A DNA stretch of 64,000 bases. Source: Candidatus Sungiibacteriota bacterium (GTDB lineage: Bacteria > Patescibacteriota > Minisyncoccia > Sungbacterales > HO2-52-23). The stretch is from NCBI GenBank assembly GCA_016432465.1, contig CP066690.1:590823-654822 (forward strand). The letters run 5' to 3'. Position 1 is the stretch's first letter. Every line of letters starts with the position of its first letter. Of this stretch, positions 56,788-64,000 are shown one piece after another. The notes under the pieces are model-generated. The model ran no database searches and was not told the DNA's origin. It saw only the letters and a program-made list of their open reading frames with translations. Position numbers and translations under genes: made by a program.

Positions 56788-58488
56788 ATGCGTATACTTA
56801 ACGGTGCGGTGCAATCTGTCAATGCCGCGGCGCTATTGCTTGGCGCCGCGGGTTTGTTATCTCGTCTCTTGGGGGTGTTGCGCGACAGGCTTCTCGCGGC
56901 ACGGTTTGGTGCAGGTGGAGAGCTGGACGCTTACTACGCCGCATTTCAGATACCGGATTTTTTGAACGTTGTTTTTTTACTGGGTGCAGCGAGCGCCGCA
57001 GTGTTGCCTATTTTTCAGGAATATCTGGTTAAGGACCGGGAGGAAGCCCGCCGTTTGATTTCTGACCTCGTTACTATTTTTCTTGCAGGTTCCCTTTTAG
57101 TTGCGGCTCTTATTTTTTTTCTCGCCCCGCTAATAGTGCCTTTTATAGCACCGGGTTTTTCTCCAGAAAAGCGTGTTCTCACGGTAACTTTGACTCGTCT
57201 CCTGCTTCTTTCGCCGGTCATTTTTGGAATTTCCAACGTTGTATCTTCCGTCGTGCAGTCTTTTCAGCGTTTCTGGGCATATGCTATTGCACCGGTTCTT
57301 TATAATCTCGGAATTATTTTGGGAATTGTTGTTTTTGTGCCGGTGTTTGGCGTAGCGGGGTTAGCTTTTGGTGTTTTGGCGGGTGCGATTCTGCATCTGG
57401 GCACTCAACTTTTGGCAGTGAGAAGTCTTGGTTTTTCTCCGCGTCTCGGCTGGCAAGGGATAACCGAAGGAGTAAAAAAGGTACTGAAGCTTTCTTTTCC
57501 TCGGGTTCTTTCCGTTTCTCTTTCCCAGCTGACACTGCTTATACTTATTGCCATCGGCTCCACGCTGGTGGAAGGAAGCATTTCCATTTTCCAGCTGGCG
57601 CAGAATTTATACTTCGTGCCTATTGGGATTTTTGGAATAAGCTACTCCGTGGCTATTTTCCCGAGACTGTCCCGTGTTTATATTGGACGAGACGCTCGGG
57701 GGTTTTTCTATGAGTTATTTCTGGGTATTCGTTCCATTATTTTTTGGATGGCGCCGGCCACGGTTCTTTTTATCGTTTTGCGCGCCCATATTGTAAGGGT
57801 GGCGTTGGGCGCCGGAGCATTTTCCTGGGAAGATACAAGGTTAACGGCTGCGGTTCTGGCGGTGTTTTCTCTTTCTCTGTTTGCAGGCGGACTGGTTTCC
57901 CTGTTAATCAAGGGTTTCTATGCCCTAGAAAATACCTGGAGGCCTTTGATTATAAATATTTTTGCTTCGGTTTTCTCCGTCGCCCTAGCCCTTATTTTTT
58001 CTGCGGTTCTTGGAGAGGCGTCCGGTTTTACTCAAGGATTAGCAAATCTGCTTCGCATCCCCGACGTTTTGGACAAAAGGGTGGTTGGTCTTGCGCTTGG
58101 GTTTTCGCTCGGGTCGGCTGTCAATATCTGGCTTCTTTATGGGGCGTTGAAACGTCTTGCCCGGAAGAGTTTTGGTCACGACCAACCCCTTCCGTTAGGA
58201 GAATTTTTGAAAATTATATTGGCGGCATTGGTTTCCGGCCTAGCGGCTTACGGAGTGCGGTTAAGTTTTTCCGAAACTCTTCCTCTTATTACATTTGTCA
58301 GGGTTCTTGTTCAGGGAGCAACAGCCGGCGTGGTTGGTCTTGCGACATATTTTGGAATTTTACTGTTACTGAAAGAAGAAACAGTATTTTCGCTCGTAGG
58401 CACACTTAAGCGTCGTCTCTTTCGTGTTGGTGTTCTCCCGGCCCATTGGGACGGCGAGCTGCACGGTCCGCACCCGCATCAACACTAA
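56788..58488 (+). CDS. murJ: Lipid II flippase MurJ
   Basis: SRLLGVLRDRLLA..FG, DAYYAAFQIPD, AP..YN, FYALENT. Confidence 0.92.
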   Translation: MRILNGAVQSVNAAALLLGAAGLLSRLLGVLRDRLLAARFGAGGELDAYYAAFQIPDFLNVVFLLGAASAAVLPIFQEYLVKDREEARRLISDLVTIFLAGSLLVAALIFFLAPLIVPFIAPGFSPEKRVLTVTLTRLLLLSPVIFGISNVVSSVVQSFQRFWAYAIAPVLYNLGIILGIVVFVPVFGVAGLAFGVLAGAILHLGTQLLAVRSLGFSPRLGWQGITEGVKKVLKLSFPRVLSVSLSQLTLLILIAIGSTLVEGSISIFQLAQNLYFVPIGIFGISYSVAIFPRLSRVYIGRDARGFFYELFLGIRSIIFWMAPATVLFIVLRAHIVRVALGAGAFSWEDTRLTAAVLAVFSLSLFAGGLVSLLIKGFYALENTWRPLIINIFASVFSVALALIFSAVLGEASGFTQGLANLLRIPDVLDKRVVGLALGFSLGSAVNIWLLYGALKRLARKSFGHDQPLPLGEFLKIILAALVSGLAAYGVRLSFSETLPLITFVRVLVQGATAGVVGLATYFGILLLLKEETVFSLVGTLKRRLFRVGVLPAHWDGELHGPHPHQH

Positions 58489-58505
58489 AATTAAACCGAT
58501 GGCAC

Positions 58506-58630
58506 ATGCAGAACATACGTAATTTTTGTATATTGGCGCACATTGACCCCGTTAGAGATCCGATGCCCAAGGCATCGGCAGTCCCGACGTCGCGTCGGGA
58601 CTTATCTCTAACGGGGTTGACCACGGCAAG
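58506..58630 (+). pseudogene. Relic lepA 5' end interrupted by a 70-bp element
   Basis: MQNIRNFCILAHID-[insert]-HGK directly before the working lepA start. Confidence 0.87.
58547..58616. mobile_element. 70-bp MITE-like element with TTGA target duplication
   Basis: 13-bp TIR CCCCGTTAGAGAT/ATCTCTAACGGGG, TTGA at 58543-58546 and 58617-58620. Confidence 0.85.
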
Positions 58631-60396
58631 TGGATAACAATATCAGAAATTTTGTTATTATTGCTCACATAGACCACGGCAAAAGTACCCTTGCTGATCG
58701 TTTTTTGGAACTTACCGGGACAGTGGAGAAACGCAGGATGCGAGAGCAGTTTTTGGATACGATGGCCCTTGAGCGGGAACGGGGCATCACTATAAAAATG
58801 GCGCCGGTGCGGATGGGGTGGCAGGGCTACACATTTAATCTTATTGATACTCCCGGCCACGTGGACTTTACCTACGAAGTTTCCCGCGCCTTGGCCGCAG
58901 TGGAGGGCGCGATTTTGCTGGTGGATGCAACGCAGGGCATTCAGGCCCAAACCCTTGCCAATTTTCAGCTTGCGCAAAAAGAGGGGCTTGTTGTGATTCC
59001 CGCCATAAATAAAATTGATCTTCCTTCAGCAGAGATTGTGAGGACCGAAGCAGAGTTTGTTTCTTTGCTTGGTGCGTTGCCGGAAGACATTTATAAAATT
59101 TCTGCCAAAACCGGTGAGGGCGTTGAGGAACTTTTGAGGGCGGTAATAAAAAAGGTGCCGCCGCCGCAAAATAAAAACGAGGAGATGCTGCGCGCGCTTA
59201 TTTTTGATTCTCACTTTGATCCTTATCAGGGTGTGATTGCTTACGTGCGGATTAGGGAAGGATTCGTCAAAAAAGGAGAACGTATTTTTTTTCTGGCAAC
59301 AAATTCAACGGCAGAAATTTTGGAGACAGGTGTTTTTATGCCCGAGAGGGTCCCTAAAAATATGTTGTCCGCCGGAGAAATTGGTTTCCTAGCCACCGGA
59401 GTCAAAGAGACGGAACGGGTTAGGGTAGGAGATACGATTGCCAAAAATAAATCTGCGGACTCCTTAACCGGATATCGTGAGCCCCAAGCAGTAGTTTTTG
59501 CCTCAATTTTTCCAGAAAACCAGGACGATTATGAACCATTGCGCGAATCGTTAAAAAAATTAAAACTAAACGACGCTGCTTTGACTTTTGAGCCGGAGGA
59601 GTCAGGGGCGCTGGGACGCGGAATGCGTTCTGGGTTTTTGGGCGTACTTCATATGGAAATTGTGGCGGAGCGGTTAAGGCGAGAATACGGACTTAAGGTA
59701 GTATTTACCAATCCATCCGTTGCCTTTCGTGTTAAAACAAAAAGCAGTGAAGACTTTATTTATTCGGCGGCAAAAATGCCGCAGCCTCATGAGATTGAGT
59801 GGGTTAAAGAGCCGTGGGTTAGGGTTGAGGTGATAACACCAAAGGAATACCTTGGAACTTTTGGTTCTTTGGTAAGCGAAAAAAGCGGAAAAATTTCTGA
59901 CACGTCAAATCTGGCCGGAGAACGGCTGCTGTTTAAGTTTGAGGCGCCGCTTCGTGAAATCATTGTTGATTTTTATGATAAATTAAAAAGCGTATCGCAG
60001 GGGTTCGCCTCTATGTCTTACGAGATTATTGATTATCGGCCGGCGGATTTGGTGAGAATGGAGATTTTAGTTGCCGGTCAAAATCAGCCGGCGCTTGCCG
60101 AGATTGTTCCGCGGGGAAAAGTGTATTTTACAGCACGTGAGCGTGTGCAAAAATTAAAAGAGCTTCTGCCGCGCGAACTTTTTGCCGTGGCGATTCAAGC
60201 CGAAGTTGAAGGACGGATTATTGCTCGTGAGACCGTGCCCGCGTTAAAAAAAGACGTTACTGGCTATCTTTACGGAGGCGATCGTACTAGAAAAATGAAA
60301 CTTTGGAAGAAGCAACAGAAAGGGAAAAAGAAATTAAAATCTAGGGGGCGGGTAGAGATTCCACCGGAGATATTTTTGAAGTTATTAAAAAAATGA
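58630..60396 (+). CDS. lepA: Elongation factor 4
   Basis: IRNF.IIAHIDHGKSTLADR, DTPGHVDF, KKDVTGYLYGGDRTRK. Confidence 0.97.
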   Translation: MDNNIRNFVIIAHIDHGKSTLADRFLELTGTVEKRRMREQFLDTMALERERGITIKMAPVRMGWQGYTFNLIDTPGHVDFTYEVSRALAAVEGAILLVDATQGIQAQTLANFQLAQKEGLVVIPAINKIDLPSAEIVRTEAEFVSLLGALPEDIYKISAKTGEGVEELLRAVIKKVPPPQNKNEEMLRALIFDSHFDPYQGVIAYVRIREGFVKKGERIFFLATNSTAEILETGVFMPERVPKNMLSAGEIGFLATGVKETERVRVGDTIAKNKSADSLTGYREPQAVVFASIFPENQDDYEPLRESLKKLKLNDAALTFEPEESGALGRGMRSGFLGVLHMEIVAERLRREYGLKVVFTNPSVAFRVKTKSSEDFIYSAAKMPQPHEIEWVKEPWVRVEVITPKEYLGTFGSLVSEKSGKISDTSNLAGERLLFKFEAPLREIIVDFYDKLKSVSQGFASMSYEIIDYRPADLVRMEILVAGQNQPALAEIVPRGKVYFTARERVQKLKELLPRELFAVAIQAEVEGRIIARETVPALKKDVTGYLYGGDRTRKMKLWKKQQKGKKKLKSRGRVEIPPEIFLKLLKK

Positions 60397-60433
60397 GAAC
60401 CCCCAAGGGGTTCTCTAATAAGAGGTCTTTATC

Positions 60434-61729
60434 TTAGCGACGCAGCTTTCCGGCTTCTACCACGCGGCTTACGGCGTGAATATAGGCCGCAGTTCTCATG
60501 TTTACTTTATATTGTTCGTGTTTGGCAACTACTTGTTTGAAGGCTCGTACCATCTGTTCTTCCAGCTTTTTGAGTACTGTCCCCTCGTCCCAATAATCCT
60601 GCTCTCGGCCTTGTATCCATTCGTAGTAAGAAACTGTTACCCCGCCGGCATTGGCCAGAATATCCGGTATCACGAAAACACCGTTGGCATGAAGTATTTC
60701 GTCAGCGTCAGGAGTAGTGGGGCCGTTGGCTGCCTCGGCAATGATTTTGGCCCGGATCAAAGGCGCATTTTGGGCGGTTATAACATTTTCCAAGGCCGCT
60801 GGGACAAGAATAGCAACCGGTAGCTGCAGAAGTTCTCCGTTGGAAATTCTGTCTGCCTCCTTGTAGTTTATTACTGACCCTGTTTCTGCCTTTACTTTTT
60901 CTACATCAGATATGTTTAAACCCCGAGGATTGTAAATGCCGCCTTGAGAGTCGGATACGGCTTCTACTCTAAAGAGAGCCCTCTGAAAGAGTTTAGCCGT
61001 GATAGATCCGGCATTGCCAAATCCCTGTACAGCTACAGTAAGAGAAGAAATTGGGCGCTTTTCCCCGCAATACTTTAATGCTTCTTGTGCCGTAATGAAG
61101 GTGCCGCGGGCCGTAGCCTCATTGCGTCCCAGAGAACCCCCTAGTACTACCGGTTTTCCAGTAACAACCGCCGGGATTGTGAATCCCTTAAGGCGACTAT
61201 ACTCATCCATGATCCAAGCCATAACCTGCGGATTGGTATTAACGTCAGGCGCCGGGATGTCGCTATCCGGACCAATCAAGGGAGCGATTTTTTCAGTATA
61301 TTTTCTGGTAAGTACCTGTAGTACGTCTCGCGACATATTTTTGGGAAAGTAATTTCTTAGGAAGGCAACGCGCTCCGGGGTCAAGTCCTCGAAATGAGGA
61401 GCGATCCCCCCCTTGCCGCCGCCGTAAGGAAGACCCATTACTGCGCATTTCCACGTCATCCACATGGAAAGCGCAATCACCTCATCTTCGGTGACATCGG
61501 GATGATAGCGGATGCCGCCCTTGGCCGGCCCAAGCCAGGTGTTGTGCTGGGAGCGAAAATAAAGAAAGCTGGCCTCTGACCCGTCATTAATGTCAATTAC
61601 AATCCGCCCCTTGAGGATACGCTCCGGATAGCTTAGTTTAAGGTAAATTTTTTGAGGTATATCAATGTAGGGGCGTACTCGTTCAAGTTGTTTAAGAGCA
61701 ATAAGCCGCGGATTAATGATGGTTTCCAC
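60434..61729 (-). CDS. gdhA: Glu/Leu/Phe/Val dehydrogenase (glutamate dehydrogenase)
   Basis: GPAKGGIRYHP, GGGKGG, DIPAPDV, QGFGNAG, NAGGVTVSYYEW. Confidence 0.93.
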   Translation of the reverse strand: METIINPRLIALKQLERVRPYIDIPQKIYLKLSYPERILKGRIVIDINDGSEASFLYFRSQHNTWLGPAKGGIRYHPDVTEDEVIALSMWMTWKCAVMGLPYGGGKGGIAPHFEDLTPERVAFLRNYFPKNMSRDVLQVLTRKYTEKIAPLIGPDSDIPAPDVNTNPQVMAWIMDEYSRLKGFTIPAVVTGKPVVLGGSLGRNEATARGTFITAQEALKYCGEKRPISSLTVAVQGFGNAGSITAKLFQRALFRVEAVSDSQGGIYNPRGLNISDVEKVKAETGSVINYKEADRISNGELLQLPVAILVPAALENVITAQNAPLIRAKIIAEAANGPTTPDADEILHANGVFVIPDILANAGGVTVSYYEWIQGREQDYWDEGTVLKKLEEQMVRAFKQVVAKHEQYKVNMRTAAYIHAVSRVVEAGKLRR

Positions 61730-62044
61730 GGAACCTCCTTATTTGGGCAACGCCCAAAGGGAAGTTAGGCTTCCCGAAGAGAACATAGCTCCGTTTAAAA
61801 AAGAAGTCAACCAGATGTGTCTTGTATTATGCAGCCATTGTCAAAAACAAACCCTCTACTACCTTCACGTTAAGGAAGAGTTTGGTGTATGGTATACTAT
61901 ATTTGTTTACACGTCAGTAGCCACCTATAAAAAGCGGAATAAGCAGATAAGCAACCATGGATATGACCCCAAGTAAGGTTATACCAATCCATATGATTCT
62001 AAGCTTTTTTGTGTTTCTCATCATCTTTATAAAGATACCATATA

Positions 62045-62410
62045 ATGCCTAACATATCTAACAAGTTAAAAGGTTCTCTGCCTTTTCATCTTTTACTTTT
62101 TGTAATCGCAGGGATTATTGTTTACGGGGTCCTTAAAACGTTGGCGCACACCTTGAGTTTGCGGCAGGAAGCGAGCAATAGTCGGGCAAAAATTGAAGAA
62201 CTTTTACAAAAAAAGGCAGAACTTGAAGCGTATCTGGCAGAGCTTGAAACGCCGCAAGCTTTGGAGCGGGAGGCCAAGGAACGTCTAAACCTGAAAAGAC
62301 GGGGAGAAGAAGTTGTGGTGGTGGTACCCGAAAAAAAGGACGAAGATAAATCAGGGGGAAAAATGTTTTTGGAGAAAATTAAGCATCTTTTAGAGTACAT
62401 ATTTAAATGA
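62045..62410 (+). CDS. Septum formation initiator (FtsB/DivIC-like)
   Basis: TM helix, coiled coil, LEREAKERLNLKRRGEEV. Confidence 0.85.
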   Translation: MPNISNKLKGSLPFHLLLFVIAGIIVYGVLKTLAHTLSLRQEASNSRAKIEELLQKKAELEAYLAELETPQALEREAKERLNLKRRGEEVVVVVPEKKDEDKSGGKMFLEKIKHLLEYIFK

Positions 62411-62970
62411 AAGTAATACTTTTGGTTATCGGTATGGTCGTCGGTTTATTCCTGGTTAGTGTTATGACCGGTTTTTATCCGGTGGCCTTGGTTGACGGCG
62501 CACCGATTTTTTACAGGACGTGGAAGAAAACCGAGGAGGCGGCAAAACATTTTGCCAATACCCAGCTTGTTTCTAGGGGGTCAAAACCAATAGATTTCTC
62601 TGCGCCCCAAAACTCGGAACTCCTGCTGGCTGGCCGCAAAGACACCCTGACCTCTTTGATTGAGGATACGATTTTGCATCAAGGGGGTAAAAAGCTGCAT
62701 AAAGGTTTTGAGCGTTTGGTTGCGGCAAAAGTCAGCACGGCCCTAAAAGATAACGAGGATATAGAGCAGGCGGCCAAACTGGTTTATAATCTTGATCTTG
62801 ACGACTTTAAAGAGCTGGTTTTACTTCCGCAGGCGCAAGGCGAGGTTGTGGCAGAAATTTTAGAAAAGCAAAATCAGGATTTTGAGGGGTGGCTGCGCGA
62901 AGCCAAGAAGCAGAAGAGGGTTTTTTTGATGTTTGTTCCATTCAGTTGGGACGGCGAGCGGATCCAGTGA
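62407..62970 (+). CDS. SurA N-terminal-like exported protein
   Basis: TM helix, YPVALVDG..I, LTSLIED. Confidence 0.6.
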   Translation: MKVILLVIGMVVGLFLVSVMTGFYPVALVDGAPIFYRTWKKTEEAAKHFANTQLVSRGSKPIDFSAPQNSELLLAGRKDTLTSLIEDTILHQGGKKLHKGFERLVAAKVSTALKDNEDIEQAAKLVYNLDLDDFKELVLLPQAQGEVVAEILEKQNQDFEGWLREAKKQKRVFLMFVPFSWDGERIQ

Positions 62971-63800
62971 ATTTTTGAATTTCTCCGGAACCAGACCATT
63001 TGTCTACGTGCATATTTAAGGGTGTAACGGACAAGATAATATAACAATTCGGAACGTGGGAGTTTTTGTTCCAGTGCAGAAAGTGCTCCGCGATATTCAA
63101 ATCCCAGTTCTTGTATACGTTTTTTACTCATCCCTTGGCGGAGGAGTTTTTTTGTTTCTTTTATGAGACCCTTTTGTATCATTGTCGCCGCACGCGCCTC
63201 AATTTTTCTTCTAAGGACGGTTTTTGACGGACGAAGTCCGAGCCAAAAAACATTATAGGGGGAGTGTTTGACTAATCTGGGCACCTCACCCATTATTTTG
63301 GCAACCTCAATGGCACGAATCAGGCGGCGCGGATTTTTTTGCTCAATGGTTTTGGCCCGCCGGGGGTCAAGTTTTTGTAAAATTTTAAGAAGTTCCGCGG
63401 GGCGTTTCTTTACCAGTTTTTTTCTAAGTCTTGAGTTAGGCGGCACTGTCGGCAAGTTGATGTTATAAATAAGCGCATCAATCCAAAATCCCGTGCCACC
63501 CACGATAATAGGTATTTTCCCCCGGCTCGTGATGCCACGTACTACCTGCCCTGCAAGTCGTCTGAAGCCAACGACAGTTAGTTGTTGCTTGGGTTCCGCG
63601 ACGTTAAGCAGGTGGTGCGGCACGCCGCGCATTTCTTTTTTGGAAATTTTTCCGGTTCCGATGTCCAAACCTCTATAAATCTGTCGTGAGTCAGCAGAAA
63701 TTATTTCGCCATTAAATTTTTTAGCTAGCCTGACCGCTAACTCAGATTTTCCAGAAGCAGTGGGGCCCACAATAACAATGAGTTTCTGACGGCTTGACAT
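62874..63800 (-). CDS. miaA: tRNA dimethylallyltransferase
   Basis: GPTASGKS, SADSRQIY, VGGTG, YARRQMVWF. Confidence 0.96.
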   Translation of the reverse strand: MSSRQKLIVIVGPTASGKSELAVRLAKKFNGEIISADSRQIYRGLDIGTGKISKKEMRGVPHHLLNVAEPKQQLTVVGFRRLAGQVVRGITSRGKIPIIVGGTGFWIDALIYNINLPTVPPNSRLRKKLVKKRPAELLKILQKLDPRRAKTIEQKNPRRLIRAIEVAKIMGEVPRLVKHSPYNVFWLGLRPSKTVLRRKIEARAATMIQKGLIKETKKLLRQGMSKKRIQELGFEYRGALSALEQKLPRSELLYYLVRYTLKYARRQMVWFRRNSKIHWIRSPSQLNGTNIKKTLFCFLASRSHPSKS

Positions 63801-63857
63801 GAGTTGATTATATTTATATACTTATTTTGGTTTACTTTTACTTTGGGGAGGCCCCTT

Positions 63858-64000
63858 ATGTTGTTTGTGGTGAGAAATATTAATCCAGAGGAAGTAGAAA
63901 AGAAGCTACGCGCGGCTGGCTACGGCGTACTTTTCGGACATAAATTTGAGTTCAGTATGGACGCAAAAACTGGTGTTTCTGAAGCCCGCCTGTCATATTT
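63858..64000 (+). CDS. Hypothetical protein, 3' partial
   Basis: GGGGAGG SD, ATG, frame open to the window end. Confidence 0.5.
   Translation, partial: MLFVVRNINPEEVEKKLRAAGYGVLFGHKFEFSMDAKTGVSEARLSY

Noticed and set aside
58547-58616. Inserts as self-splicing introns
   Set aside because: They are only ~70 bp, show no group I/II core motifs, and TIR plus TSD indicates DNA-level insertion.

Overview
Bacterial core-genome window that looks like Patescibacteria/CPR (Parcubacteria-like). This is inferred from missing rpmD, short Mfd, split ComEC, a PaaX/Cas2-like gene and near-absent SD sites. It holds the str/S10/spc ribosomal clusters, ftsAZ, class II RNR plus cobalamin adenosyltransferase, comEC, pepA, lepA, murJ, gdhA, miaA, tRNA-Pro(GGG) and an enlarged RNase P RNA. 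On top of this is a dense layer of short palindromic insertion elements from several families (some with 4-bp target duplications, several retained in-frame in proteins) and heptamer-repeat hairpins. No transposase is present. The strongest signal is that three translation genes (rpsG, fusA, lepA) each sit beside a relic copy of their own terminus. Each relic is split by a ~70-bp hairpin element and differs from the working copy mostly at synonymous sites, which suggests disruption followed by repair with a foreign gene-end patch. A second signal is a PaaX/Cas2-like ORF bracketed exactly by two related 38-bp palindromes. All calls come from reading the sequence by eye; no searches were run.
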